Shown here piece by piece: positions 26,237 to 37,601 of a stretch of DNA of 64,000 bases. Numbering within the stretch: the stretch's first letter is position 1; each line of letters begins with the position of its first letter. Source of the DNA: Desulfuromonadales bacterium (GTDB lineage: Bacteria; Desulfobacterota; Desulfuromonadia; Desulfuromonadales; SZUA-540); NCBI GenBank assembly GCA_033549025.1, contig JAWSUS010000002.1, positions 128,001 through 192,000 of the forward strand. The letters are read 5' to 3'. Position numbers and translations under genes: made by a program. The notes beneath the pieces were generated by a model. The model was given only the letters and a program-made list of their open reading frames with translations. It ran no database searches and was not told the DNA's origin.

Positions 26237-26784
26237 CACCGGCGGCCGCCCTCCTCGACAAAGGGATCAAGCTGCTGCGCTCCCAGTGGCTGCTGCTGTC
26301 CGTGGTCGTCCTCTACCTGTGGGCCTTTCAGGTCGCCCCGGAGCGGGCGCAGGAAGCCCTGGCGGTGAGCGGACGTACCTTTGGCTCCGTGCTGCTCATC
26401 ATTATTTCGGTCTTTGGTCTGATGGGATTGCTGCAGGTGTGGATCAGCCGCGACAAGGTCGCCGCCATGCTGGGCAAGGAAGGGGGCTGGAAAGCCCTGG
26501 TGATCGCCGCTGCCTGCGGCACGGTGCTTATCGGGCCGGCCTACATCATCTTCCCCCTGCTGCAGAGCATCCGCGCGCAGGGCGCGCGCTGGGCGGTCAT
26601 TACCGCCGTGCTGGCCGCCTATGCCGTGAAGATTCCGATGATTCCCCTGGAGGTGCAGTTTCTCGGCTGGAGCTTCTCCATCTCCCGCTCCGTCCTTACC
26701 ATTCTCACCGCCATCCCCATCGGCCTGCTGGTCGAAGCCCTTATGGAATGGCGGCCTGCGCCCTATGGCAACAGGCCGCGCTGA
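26233..26784 (+). CDS. Predicted permease subunit (paralogous half)
   Basis: Hydrophobic; GPAYIIFPL, KIPMIPLE; ATGA overlap with the previous gene. Confidence 0.65.
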   Translation: MTPAAALLDKGIKLLRSQWLLLSVVVLYLWAFQVAPERAQEALAVSGRTFGSVLLIIISVFGLMGLLQVWISRDKVAAMLGKEGGWKALVIAAACGTVLIGPAYIIFPLLQSIRAQGARWAVITAVLAAYAVKIPMIPLEVQFLGWSFSISRSVLTILTAIPIGLLVEALMEWRPAPYGNRPR

Positions 26785-26924
26785 AGAGAATCCGCAAGGC
26801 GCCAAGGCTTCCGCACCCCTTCGAAACAGCGATACAAGGCGTCGCTGCCGGTGGAAACCCATTTTTTCGTAAACCTTTTTCAGCTGCAGCCGTCCAATGG
26901 GTATCTTCGTCTCCAGGAGAATCC

Positions 26925-27134
26925 ATGTCCGCTGAATCCAGATGGCTCAAAACCCTGAAGCAGGTCCAGCGCTGGGAGGCTACCAGCGACCCGGAATATC
27001 CCTTCTCCACCACCTGGTGCAACCAGGAACTGCACATCCGCTTCAACCGCGCGAAAAACACCACCTCCATGACCCTCTTGGTTGACGGAAGCCCCGTTCT
27101 CGATTTTGACGACTGGCCTGACCGCTCCTTCTAA
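26925..27134 (+). CDS. Small hypothetical protein (69 aa)
   Basis: SD AGGAGA, ATG 26925; WEATSDPEYPF...IRFN...TLLVDG..DFDDWP. Confidence 0.6.
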   Translation: MSAESRWLKTLKQVQRWEATSDPEYPFSTTWCNQELHIRFNRAKNTTSMTLLVDGSPVLDFDDWPDRSF

Positions 27135-27826
27135 GTTTTGTCGGCGGGGGATGGCGGCGGGCCTTGCAGACCCAGCGCCCGCCAGTCGCAGGCCGTGTAA
27201 TCGGCCAGCAGAGCGAGGGGGATGAAGGTGTCGACCTCGTGAACGGGATATCCTGTCAACTGCTGCGTCAACTCCCGCATCAACTGGAGCTGCTGGAGAA
27301 AGGTCTGCCGAAAGTGCCAGCGCAGCTCGGCCTTTTGGCGCGGATCCTCCCCTACAAAGTTCAAGGTACACCATTCCTCGGCAAAAACCTCCCCATTCAC
27401 ATCGACATGGGGCAGACCGTGCAGACGGCAGGTCAGTGGCCGCGCCTCATAGACCAGGCACAGCCCCTGTTCATCGAGCAGGGGGCAGGGAGTGAGATCG
27501 TCTTCGGGGGTCTCCATCCACTCTTCGTGGGGGAGCAGGTTGAGAAGATAGGGGGGTCGCAGCTGCGGCCACTCCTTCTGCAGGGCCTGCAAACGCACCT
27601 GCGCCTTGGCCAGCACCGGCTGGCGCACCGCGGCGGGCAGGCGATCGAAAGCCTCTTTGAGCAGCCAGGCATCGAGCAAGGTGATATCGAAGAGGCCCCG
27701 GCAACACTGGGCGCACCCCTTTCGGCAGGCGATGGCCTCTCCGGCTGACTTGACAGCCCCGTCGAACCAGCGATCCACCCTCTTCAGCAATTGTTCGTAG
27801 TCCCGCAGAATCGAGCTGGTTTCCAT
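27131..27826 (-). CDS. YkgJ-family cysteine-cluster protein
   Basis: CRKGCAQCC...CPLL...CLVYEARPLTCR. Confidence 0.85.
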   Translation of the reverse strand: METSSILRDYEQLLKRVDRWFDGAVKSAGEAIACRKGCAQCCRGLFDITLLDAWLLKEAFDRLPAAVRQPVLAKAQVRLQALQKEWPQLRPPYLLNLLPHEEWMETPEDDLTPCPLLDEQGLCLVYEARPLTCRLHGLPHVDVNGEVFAEEWCTLNFVGEDPRQKAELRWHFRQTFLQQLQLMRELTQQLTGYPVHEVDTFIPLALLADYTACDWRALGLQGPPPSPADKT

Positions 27827-27838
27827 GGCGACCTCGAC

Positions 27839-28978
27839 TCAGGCCCCTTGGGGGCGGGGTATGCGCTGCACGGCGACCAGTGAAATCAGGCTCATCACCG
27901 CCCCGGCCACAAAAGGAATACTGTAGTCGACCATCCACAGGGCGCCGCCGATGGCGGGGATGACGACAGCGGCGATGTGGTTGATGGTGAAGCTCACGGC
28001 CATACTCGGGGCGATATCCCCCGGCTCGGCGATCTTCTGGAAATAGGTGCGGATGGCGATGGCGAAGTTGAAAAGGATATGGTCAAGGATGTACATCACC
28101 ACGACGACCCAGCGTGACTCGGTGGTGGCATAAAGCAGAAAGATGACAATCAGGCCGGCATATTCCACCGAGAGGACGGCGCGCTCGCCGAAACGCACGA
28201 TGGCCCGGCCGATGGCGGGACTGAGAAAGAAGTTGATGGCGTTGTTGACGACGAAGAGCAGGGTTATCTCCGTCACCGAGAAGGCAAAGACCTTGACCAT
28301 GAGAAACACGGCAAAGGCCATGAAGATCTGACGCCGCGCTCCGGACATGAAGGTGAGGAAATAGAAGAGGGCGTATTGGCGGCGGAAAACCATCTCGGTG
28401 CGCTGGGGGGCCAGGTTGCGGTGGGTGGGATCCTGCCAGAGCCCCCAGATGCCGGCCGCCGTCACCAGGGCGCCGATGACCAGAAACATGGTGCGGTAGC
28501 TCAGGCTCTGGCCCATGAGGAAGATCAGCAGGCCGACGAGGATGCTGGTGGCCGCCGCCAGGCTGCGCAGGCGGCCGAAGATGAGGGGCGAGACGGCGGT
28601 GCTGAAATACTGCAGGGTGAGGGACTGGTTGGTGGTCTCGTAGTAGTGAAAGCCGAAGCTCATGATGAGGGTGGTCAGGATGAGGCCAAGATAGCTGGGG
28701 AAAAAGCCCGTCAGCCCGACGCCCAGACCGAGCAGGGTCACGGACAGGGCCGACAGGCGGTGCTCCCGCAGGACGAGCAGGACGAAAACGGCCAGCAGGG
28801 CCAGAAATCCGGGAACCTCGCGGATGGAGCCGAGCATGCCGATCTGCTGTCCGTTGAGACCGGCTTCCTCGACGGCGAAATTGTTGAAGAGGATCATCCA
28901 GCCCTGCAGGCCGACCACCGAGGCCGTGCTCTGGACGATCAAAAAGCGCAGCATAGGCCGCTGTTCATCGCGAATCAT
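27839..28978 (-). CDS. MFS transporter
   Basis: About 12 TM helices; REVPGFLA, GARRQIF. Confidence 0.8.
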   Translation of the reverse strand: MIRDEQRPMLRFLIVQSTASVVGLQGWMILFNNFAVEEAGLNGQQIGMLGSIREVPGFLALLAVFVLLVLREHRLSALSVTLLGLGVGLTGFFPSYLGLILTTLIMSFGFHYYETTNQSLTLQYFSTAVSPLIFGRLRSLAAATSILVGLLIFLMGQSLSYRTMFLVIGALVTAAGIWGLWQDPTHRNLAPQRTEMVFRRQYALFYFLTFMSGARRQIFMAFAVFLMVKVFAFSVTEITLLFVVNNAINFFLSPAIGRAIVRFGERAVLSVEYAGLIVIFLLYATTESRWVVVVMYILDHILFNFAIAIRTYFQKIAEPGDIAPSMAVSFTINHIAAVVIPAIGGALWMVDYSIPFVAGAVMSLISLVAVQRIPRPQGA

Positions 28979-28996
28979 AGTCGATCAGCCAGCCCG

Positions 28997-30205
28997 TTAT
29001 TTTTTCTTCTTGCGGTCGGCCTGACGCAGCAGATCGCCCAGGGTTCCCATGGAGGAGGCAGGCTGCTCCTGCAGGTAGGCGCCGAAATCCTCCTGAGCCT
29101 CGACCACTTTGCTCTCGGTTTCACTGCCGACCAGAGCCAGGGAGATGCGGCGGCTCTGACTATCCACCGATTCGACCCGCACCTCCAGCTGTTGCCCTTC
29201 CTGCACGACCTCGCGGGGATGGTTGATGCGCTTGCCGCCGCCCAGCTTGGAGATATGAATGAGGCCGTCGATACCGTCGGCGAGGGTGACAAAGGCGCCA
29301 AAAGGCGTTAGGCGCGCGACCTTTCCCTGCTGCACGGAGCCTTCGGGGAACTGCAGGGGCGCCCGCTCCCAGGGATCGGCCAGGGTCTCTTTCAGACTGA
29401 AGGAAAAGCGCTGATTGTCCCAATCGAGCTTCTTGATGACCACCTGGACCTGCTGGCCGACGGCGAGGGCCTCGCCGATATCCTCGACCCGGCCCCAACC
29501 GACTTCCGAGATAGGCAGCAGCCCCTCCAGACCGCCGATGTCGACAAAGGCGCCGAAATCGCGCAGAGAGGTGACGGTGCCGGCCACGGTCATCCCTTCC
29601 TGCAGGGTCTGCCGCAGCTGCTCCCGCTGCTGTTGCTGCTCCTCCTCCAGAATAGCGCGGTGCGATACCACGATATTGCGCCCCTGCTCTTCATAGCGGC
29701 TGATTTTGAAGGGCAGATGGCGCCCGACGAACTGACCCGGATCCTCGGTGCGGCGCAGGGCCATCTGTGAATAGGGGCAGAAGGCCCGCGCCTGGCCGGC
29801 CAGCTTGACCTCGTAGCCCCCCTTGATCTCCTTTTCCACCAGTCCGTCCACGGGGATGCCGCTGCGCCAGGCTTCTTCCAGCTGGGCGCTGCCGGTGCCG
29901 GCGCCTCCCATGCGGGTGGTGAAGCGCAGCTCCCCGCCGCGGCGGGAGACGAAATAGGCCGCGATGACCTCGCCTTCGGCGACGGTCAGCCGGCCCTCGG
30001 CATCGAGAAGCTCCTTGCGATCGAGCACCCCCTCACCCTTCTGGCCGACGTCAAGAAAGATCCAATCGGCGGTAATCTTCAGGATGTTTGCCTCTACCTT
30101 CTGTCCCGGCGTCAGCTCCATCCCACCGACAAAGCTCTGTTCGAGCAAATCGGCAAAGCTCTCTTCCCCGTCGTTTTCTTCGTCTTCCCAGCGATCATCC
30201 ACCAT
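28997..30205 (-). CDS. rpsA: Ribosomal protein S1 paralog (short, four S1 domains)
   Basis: Repeated S1 motifs FGAFVDIGGLEGLLPISE and FGAFVTL.DGIDGLIHIS; C-terminal GTLGDLL. Confidence 0.8.
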   Translation of the reverse strand: MVDDRWEDEENDGEESFADLLEQSFVGGMELTPGQKVEANILKITADWIFLDVGQKGEGVLDRKELLDAEGRLTVAEGEVIAAYFVSRRGGELRFTTRMGGAGTGSAQLEEAWRSGIPVDGLVEKEIKGGYEVKLAGQARAFCPYSQMALRRTEDPGQFVGRHLPFKISRYEEQGRNIVVSHRAILEEEQQQQREQLRQTLQEGMTVAGTVTSLRDFGAFVDIGGLEGLLPISEVGWGRVEDIGEALAVGQQVQVVIKKLDWDNQRFSFSLKETLADPWERAPLQFPEGSVQQGKVARLTPFGAFVTLADGIDGLIHISKLGGGKRINHPREVVQEGQQLEVRVESVDSQSRRISLALVGSETESKVVEAQEDFGAYLQEQPASSMGTLGDLLRQADRKKKK

Positions 30206-30385
30206 GGTTTCCTCCCCCGCATATTCTGAAATGCTGGTCCCTATGAACCTGGCGCATTCTACGTGCCCCCCGGAAAAAGTGCAAGCAGACCCTCTCCGTC
30301 GCGCCGAAAAAAGACCTTGTTAGCACAAACTGGGACATGATAAAGTATTTGATTTTCAACCGCCAAATCACAGAAAGAAATCCAT

Positions 30386-32893
30386 TTGTCCCACAACGAC
30401 TTACACCATATTTTTTCTCAGATCAATCGCCCTTCGCGCTACCTGGGCGGCGAACTGGGCAGCATCAAAAAAGACGAGGAAACGGTCGACCTGCGCTTTG
30501 CCCTGGCCTTCCCCGATGTCTACGAAGTGGGCATGAGCCACCTGGGCTTCGCCATTCTCTACTCGGTGCTCAACGCCCAGGCGTCCATTGCGGCCGAGCG
30601 CGTCTACGCGCCCTGGCCCGACATGGAGGCGCATCTGCGCGCCAGCGGCACCCCCTTGACCTCTCTGGAAACGGAACGTCCCTTAAGCGACTTCGACCTG
30701 GTCGGCTTTACCCTGCAGTACGAGTTGTCCTACAGCAACGTGCTCAATATGCTCGATCTGGGCGGCATCCCCCGCCGGCGCCAGCAACGCGACGACACCC
30801 ACCCCCTGGTGGTCGTTGGCGGCCCCTGTGCCTACAACCCTGAACCGCTGGCCGACTTCTTCGACTGCGCCGTCATCGGCGATGCCGAGGAGGCGGTGAT
30901 CGAACTCTGCGAGGCAGTCCGCGTTTCCAAGGCCGCCCAGGAGGATCGCGACACCTTGCTGCGGCGGCTGAGCGCCATCGAAGGCGTCTACGTACCCTCT
31001 TTGTTCGAGGTGCGCTATCACGAGGACGGCACCATCGCCGCCATCGAGCCCGAAAGAGCTGAATACGCCCGCGTCCAGCGGCGCTTTCTCGATGACCTGG
31101 AGGCCGCCCCCTATCCCACGGCGCCCATCGTCCCCTTCATGAATACCGTGCATAACCGCGTCGCCATGGAAATCGCCCGCGGCTGCACCCGCGGCTGCCG
31201 CTTCTGCCAGGCGGGCTATATCTACCGGCCGGTGCGCGAGCGCAGTCCGCAAAAGATCGTCGAACTTATCGACCAGGCCCTGGAAGGTTCCGGCTACGAG
31301 GAAGTCTCCCTGCTCTCCCTGTCGACCGGCGACTACAGCTGCATCGAGCCGCTGCTTAAAGAATTGATGGACCGCTACGCCCGCCGCAAGGTAGCCGTCT
31401 CGCTTCCCAGCCTGCGCGTCGGCTCGCTGACGCCGGAGCTGATGGAAGAGATCAAAAAAGTGCGCAAGACCGGCTTCACCCTCGCCCCCGAGGCCGGCAC
31501 CGAGCGACTGCGCCAGGTCATCAACAAGGGGATCACCGAAGAAGACCTGCTCACCGCCACTCACAACGCTTTCACTTTGGGCTGGCGCCGCATCAAACTC
31601 TATTTCATGATGGGCCTGCCGACGGAAACCGATGAGGACATCGCAGCCATCATCGACCTGGCCGTCATGGTCAAGCGCAGCGGCAAGGGGACGGAAGGCG
31701 GCGCCGACGTGGCCCCATCCGTGTCGACCTTCGTGCCCAAGGCCCACACCCCGTTTCAGTGGGAAGCGCAGATCGGTATCGACGAGACCCGGCGACGCCA
31801 GCATATCCTGCGCGAGGGCCTGAAAAACCGCAAAATGCGGCTGAAATGGCACGACGCCGAGCTCTCCTTTCTCGAAGGGGTCTTCGCCCGGGGCGATCGA
31901 CGCCTGGGCCGGGTGCTCGAACGAGCCGTCGATCTCGGCTGCCGTTTTGACGGCTGGCAGGAGCATTTCGACTTTGCCCGCTGGATGCAGGCCTTCGCCG
32001 AGAGCGGCCTCGAACCCGCCTGGTATCTGCGCGAGCGCTCGGAGGAGGAGATCCTGCCCTGGGACCACATCGACTGCGGCATCCCCAAGACCTTTTTCAG
32101 ACAGGAGCGTCAACGGGCCCTGACGGGGACCTATACCCCCGACTGCCGCACAGGGCCCTGCAGCCAGTGCGGCGTCTGCGATTTCGACCAGCTGCGCATG
32201 CGTCTGACCGCAACGACGGCAGCAGTCAAGGCCCTGGATACCGCGGCGGAATCACCGGTCAGCGAGGAGCGCTACAAGGTGCGCCTGCGGGTGCGCAAAG
32301 AGGGCAAGGCCCGCTTCGTCGGCCATCTCGAATTCATGACCCTCTTTCACCGGGCGGTGCGCCGGGGGCACATTCCGGTCCGCTTCTCGGCCGGGTTCAG
32401 CCCGCAGCCGCGCATCTCTTTTCCCGACGCGCTGCCGACGGGGGTCGAGAGCGACGCCGAGATTATTGACCTCGAGCTCTTTCAGCCCTGGACGGCCCAG
32501 CAGGTCGTCAGCACCCTCAATGATCAACTGCCCGAAGGCTTCCGGGTGCTCGAAGGCGCCGGCCTGCCCTGGCAAACCCCTTCGCCCTCGGCCTGCATTC
32601 GGGAAGTTATTTATCGCGTCGAATTACCGCCAGAGATCCCCGTCGAGCTGCCGGAACGCCTCGCCGCCTTTCTGGACGCGGCCGAAGTGCCCTACAGCAA
32701 GGAAAAGGGTCGCCAGACCGTCACCGTCGACATGCGCCCCTGGGTTCTCGGTCTGGACCTGGCCGACGGCGCCCTGGTGCTGCACATGAAGCAAGGCAGC
32801 CCCACCGCCCTGACCGCCCACCTGCTCGGCCTTTCGCCGGACCAGGTACGGGCGCTGCGCATCCGCAAGACGGCGACGGCTCTCGACCAGTAA
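30386..32893 (+). CDS. B12-binding radical SAM protein fused to a radical SAM-linked DUF2344 domain
   Basis: PDVYEVGMS, CTRGCRFC, C-terminal RFVGHLE...GFSPQPRISF; usual position upstream of rng. Confidence 0.88.
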   Translation: MSHNDLHHIFSQINRPSRYLGGELGSIKKDEETVDLRFALAFPDVYEVGMSHLGFAILYSVLNAQASIAAERVYAPWPDMEAHLRASGTPLTSLETERPLSDFDLVGFTLQYELSYSNVLNMLDLGGIPRRRQQRDDTHPLVVVGGPCAYNPEPLADFFDCAVIGDAEEAVIELCEAVRVSKAAQEDRDTLLRRLSAIEGVYVPSLFEVRYHEDGTIAAIEPERAEYARVQRRFLDDLEAAPYPTAPIVPFMNTVHNRVAMEIARGCTRGCRFCQAGYIYRPVRERSPQKIVELIDQALEGSGYEEVSLLSLSTGDYSCIEPLLKELMDRYARRKVAVSLPSLRVGSLTPELMEEIKKVRKTGFTLAPEAGTERLRQVINKGITEEDLLTATHNAFTLGWRRIKLYFMMGLPTETDEDIAAIIDLAVMVKRSGKGTEGGADVAPSVSTFVPKAHTPFQWEAQIGIDETRRRQHILREGLKNRKMRLKWHDAELSFLEGVFARGDRRLGRVLERAVDLGCRFDGWQEHFDFARWMQAFAESGLEPAWYLRERSEEEILPWDHIDCGIPKTFFRQERQRALTGTYTPDCRTGPCSQCGVCDFDQLRMRLTATTAAVKALDTAAESPVSEERYKVRLRVRKEGKARFVGHLEFMTLFHRAVRRGHIPVRFSAGFSPQPRISFPDALPTGVESDAEIIDLELFQPWTAQQVVSTLNDQLPEGFRVLEGAGLPWQTPSPSACIREVIYRVELPPEIPVELPERLAAFLDAAEVPYSKEKGRQTVTVDMRPWVLGLDLADGALVLHMKQGSPTALTAHLLGLSPDQVRALRIRKTATALDQ

Positions 32894-32943
32894 CAACGCA
32901 TTTTCAGAAATTTCATATAAACCTTTTTTGACAGGGAGGAACC

Positions 32944-34455
32944 ATGACCAAAGAGCTGGTCATCAACACCACCTCCCACGAAACCCGTGTCGCCCTGCTG
33001 GAAAGCGGGCACATCGCCGAACTCTATATTGAACGGAGTCGGGAACGGGGGATCGTGGGCAACATTTACCAGGGGAAGGTCATCCGGGTTCTGCCCGGTA
33101 TGCAGGCAGCCTTCGTCGACATCGGCCTGGAAAAGGCCGCTTTTCTCTATGTGGCCGACGTCCTCGATGAAATGGAAGCCGTCGAGCAGTTCGTCGAAGG
33201 GGCCAGCCAGCACGCCAAGCCCAGCGAAGGCGGGGACGACGATCGACCGCCGCTGCCCCCCATCGAAGACCTGCTGCAGGAAGGACAGATCATCCTGGCC
33301 CAGGTCGCCAAAGAGCCCATCGGCACCAAGGGCGCCCGCATCACCTCCCACATCTCGCTGCCGGGCCGCCACCTGGTCTACATGCCGACCGTCGATCACA
33401 TCGGCATCTCCCGCCGCATCGAGAATGAAGAGGAAAAGGATCGCCTTCGCCTCATCATCGAAAGCATCCGCCCCCAGGGCACCGGCTTCATCGTGCGCAC
33501 CGCCGCCGAAGGCAAGAGCGAGGAGGATCTGCGCGCCGACGTCGAGTTTCTGGTCGGCCTCTGGAAGGATATCGCCAAACGCAAGGAGAACAAAAAGGCG
33601 CCCTGCCTCATCCATTCGGATCTCGACGTCACCAGCAAGGTGCTGCGCGACATCCTGACCGAGGATGTACGCCGCATCGTGGTCGACAGCCAGGAAGAAC
33701 ATGACAAGATCGTCCGGTTTTTGCAGACCTTCATGCCCAAACTGAGTGTGGACATCGAGCTCTACGACCAGGACGAACCGATCTTCGACGCCTTCGGCCT
33801 GGAGGTGGAAATCGCCCGCGCTTTAGGACGCAAGGTGTGGCTCAAGAGCGGCGGCTACATCATCATCGAACAGACGGAAGCCCTCAACGCCATCGACGTC
33901 AATACCGGCCGCTTCGTGGGCAAGCACAACCTGGAGGACACCATCCTCAAGACCAACCTGGAGGCCGTCAAGGAGATCGCCTTTCAGCTGCGCCTGCGCA
34001 ACATCGGCGGCCTGATCATCATCGACTTCATCGACATGGAAAAGGAGCTGCACCGGGAGAAAGTCCATTCAGCCCTGGAAGAAGCGCTGAAGAACGACAA
34101 GAGCAAGACCAACATCCTGAAGATCTCCGAGCTGGGATTGGTGGAAATGACCCGCAAGCGCGTGCGTGAGAGCATTGGCCGCACCCTCTGCGAACCTTGC
34201 CCCTACTGCGAAGGCAAGGGTTACGTGAAAAGCCGCACCACCCTGGCCTACGAGGTCTTTCGGGAAATCCGCCGCGAAATCCGCGACCTGCCCGGCTACC
34301 GCCTGACCCTGCAGGTCCACCCGGACATCGCCGCCCTGCTCTACGACGAGGAACGGCACGGCATCGAGGAGTTGGAAAGACAGTTCGAAAAGCAGATCAG
34401 CATTACGGCGCGCCCGAACTTCCATATCGAGCAGTTCGATATCCTGGTTGGCTGA
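32944..34455 (+). CDS. rng: Rne/Rng-family ribonuclease (RNase G)
   Basis: GNIYQG.V..VLPGMQAAFVDIG, KEPIGTKGA, IDVNTG, IIIDFIDM, CPYC. Confidence 0.92.
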   Translation: MTKELVINTTSHETRVALLESGHIAELYIERSRERGIVGNIYQGKVIRVLPGMQAAFVDIGLEKAAFLYVADVLDEMEAVEQFVEGASQHAKPSEGGDDDRPPLPPIEDLLQEGQIILAQVAKEPIGTKGARITSHISLPGRHLVYMPTVDHIGISRRIENEEEKDRLRLIIESIRPQGTGFIVRTAAEGKSEEDLRADVEFLVGLWKDIAKRKENKKAPCLIHSDLDVTSKVLRDILTEDVRRIVVDSQEEHDKIVRFLQTFMPKLSVDIELYDQDEPIFDAFGLEVEIARALGRKVWLKSGGYIIIEQTEALNAIDVNTGRFVGKHNLEDTILKTNLEAVKEIAFQLRLRNIGGLIIIDFIDMEKELHREKVHSALEEALKNDKSKTNILKISELGLVEMTRKRVRESIGRTLCEPCPYCEGKGYVKSRTTLAYEVFREIRREIRDLPGYRLTLQVHPDIAALLYDEERHGIEELERQFEKQISITARPNFHIEQFDILVG

Positions 34456-34478
34456 GCTTCTGACACTTTTTTTATTCC

Positions 34479-34507
34479 TTGACAGACAGGTGAATTGGGC
34501 TTATAGT
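34479..34507 (+). promoter_or_regulatory. sigma70 promoter of rplU-rpmA
   Basis: TTGACA-17-TATAGT followed by a GC-rich discriminator. Confidence 0.8.
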
Positions 34508-34556
34508 GCCGCGTTACCTATCTAAAAAGCACAGAGAGAGTGAGGTGAAACGCATT

Positions 34557-34865
34557 ATGTACGCGGTGATCAAAACCGGAGGGAAACAGTACAAAGTATC
34601 CGAAGGCGACCTGTTGAAGGTCGAAAAGCTGGAAGGCGCGGTGGGAGATTCCATCGAGCTGACCGAGGTCCTCATGGTTGGCGGAGAAGAGGTTAAAATC
34701 GGAGCACCTCTATTGCCTGGCGCGAAAGTCAAAGCGCGGATCGTCGAGCAGGATAAAGACAAGAAAGTTCTCGTCTTTCATTCCAAGCGGCGCAAAGGCT
34801 ATCGCAAGACCTATGGACACCGTCAGCCTATCACTCGCCTGAAAATTACAGGTATTGAGGCGTAA
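34557..34865 (+). CDS. rplU: 50S ribosomal protein L21
   Basis: [14 protein letters not shown]...GHRQ. Confidence 0.97.
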   Translation: MYAVIKTGGKQYKVSEGDLLKVEKLEGAVGDSIELTEVLMVGGEEVKIGAPLLPGAKVKARIVEQDKDKKVLVFHSKRRKGYRKTYGHRQPITRLKITGIEA

Positions 34866-34876
34866 GGAGATTTACC

Positions 34877-35131
34877 ATGGCACACAAAAAAGGAGTTGGT
34901 AGCTCTCGTAACGGCCGCGACAGCGCTGGCAAACGTTTGGGCGTCAAGCGCTTTGGTGGTGAAGCCGTAACCTCCGGATCCATCCTGGTCCGGCAGCGCG
35001 GCACGACCTTCCACCCCGGCAACAACGTGGGCTGCGGCAAGGATTACACCCTTTACGCGCTGATCGACGGCAAAGTCAAGTTCGAGCGCAAAGGCAAAGA
35101 TCGCCAGAAAATCAGCGTCTACGCTGACTGA
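34877..35131 (+). CDS. rpmA: 50S ribosomal protein L27
   Basis: [22 protein letters not shown]. Confidence 0.97.
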   Translation: MAHKKGVGSSRNGRDSAGKRLGVKRFGGEAVTSGSILVRQRGTTFHPGNNVGCGKDYTLYALIDGKVKFERKGKDRQKISVYAD

Positions 35132-35158
35132 TCGTCCTGCCGACAGATCCAACCAAGG

Positions 35159-35197
35159 AAAAACCCGAGGTTCGCATTGAGAACTTCGGGTTTTTTT
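35159..35197 (+). terminator. Rho-independent terminator after rpmA
   Basis: AAAAACCCGAGGTTC-loop-GAACTTCGGG followed by T7. Confidence 0.8.
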
Positions 35198-35269
35198 ATG
35201 GTAAAAATGGAGACGAAAAGCGCGCCCGCCAAATTGCGGCTGGCGCTTTTGCTTTTGGTCTCCAACTGA

Positions 35270-36356
<1,087 letters not shown>

Positions 36357-36406
36357 GGCCTTTCGTTTTTCGTCCTGATTTCAAACACTTTACGCGCATA
36401 TCTACC

Positions 36407-37525
36407 ATGATCAAGAATCTGCTTTCCCACGTGCGACGGGTCGTCATCAAGATCGGCAGCGGCGTCATCTCCAGCGAGGAAGGCCTCGACCCCGCCGTTA
36501 TCGCCAATCTGACCGACGAGGTCGGCCACCTGCTCGACCGCGGCTTTGAAGTCATCCTCGTCTCCTCCGGAGCCGTGGCGGCAGGCAAGGGCGCCCTCGG
36601 CATCAGCGGCCGTCCCCAGACCATTCCCCTGAAGCAGGCCGCCGCCGCCATCGGCCAGACTCGCCTGATGCGCTGCTACAAGGACGCTTTTCTCGAACAG
36701 GGGCGAACGGTCGCCCAGGTCCTGCTTACCCGTGACGACCTAGCCAACCGCCGCCGCTACCTGAATGCCCGCAATACCCTGATGACCCTGCTCGACCACC
36801 GCATCATCCCCATCATCAACGAAAACGATACGGTCGTGGTCGAAGAAATCCGCTTTGGCGACAACGACAACCTCTCCGCCATGGTCACCAACCTGGTGGA
36901 AGCCAACCTGCTGGTCATCCTCTCCGACGTCAATGGCCTGCACGACCGGGACCCGCGCAAGGACCCCAAAGCCCAGCTGATCCCCGTGGTCGAGCGCATC
37001 ACGCCCGAGATCGAGGAGATGGCCGGCGGCAGCGGCACCCTGGGTACCGGCGGCATGGGCACCAAACTCAAGGCCGCCAAACGCGCCACCCTCTACGGTG
37101 TCGGCACCGCTATCATCAATGGCACGGTCCCCGGCAACCTGCGTCGCCTCTTTGACGGCGAAGAGGTCGGTACCTATTTTCTGCCCGCCCGCAACCGCAT
37201 GGCGGCCAAAAAACACTGGATCGCCTTTACCAAGAAGCCGCGCGGCAAACTCTTCCTCGACGAAGGGGCCGTCAAAGCCCTGCTCGAAGGGCACAAGAGC
37301 CTGCTTCCTTCCGGGATCAAGGGCGTGGAAGGGGGCTTCGACCGCGGCGACGCCGTGCGCCTCTACACCCTGGCGGGCGAGGAACTGGGCAAAGGGGTCA
37401 CCAACTACTCCCTGGCCGAACTCCTCCCCATCATGGGAAAGAAGTCGACGGAAATCGAAAAAATTCTCGGCTATAAATATGGCGACGAGATCATCCACCG
37501 GGACAACCTCGTTCTCAACGGCTGA
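36407..37525 (+). CDS. proB: Glutamate 5-kinase
   Basis: VIKIGS, SSGAVA, NENDTV, FGDND, TGGM.TK, C-terminal PUA domain. Confidence 0.96.
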   Translation: MIKNLLSHVRRVVIKIGSGVISSEEGLDPAVIANLTDEVGHLLDRGFEVILVSSGAVAAGKGALGISGRPQTIPLKQAAAAIGQTRLMRCYKDAFLEQGRTVAQVLLTRDDLANRRRYLNARNTLMTLLDHRIIPIINENDTVVVEEIRFGDNDNLSAMVTNLVEANLLVILSDVNGLHDRDPRKDPKAQLIPVVERITPEIEEMAGGSGTLGTGGMGTKLKAAKRATLYGVGTAIINGTVPGNLRRLFDGEEVGTYFLPARNRMAAKKHWIAFTKKPRGKLFLDEGAVKALLEGHKSLLPSGIKGVEGGFDRGDAVRLYTLAGEELGKGVTNYSLAELLPIMGKKSTEIEKILGYKYGDEIIHRDNLVLNG

Positions 37526-37601
37526 TTGCGGCCAGTGGATATTGACCCTGGTTCAACAGCCACCGGCGCCGGCAGGTGGCAGTTAAGACAAGGAGACAAC
37601 G

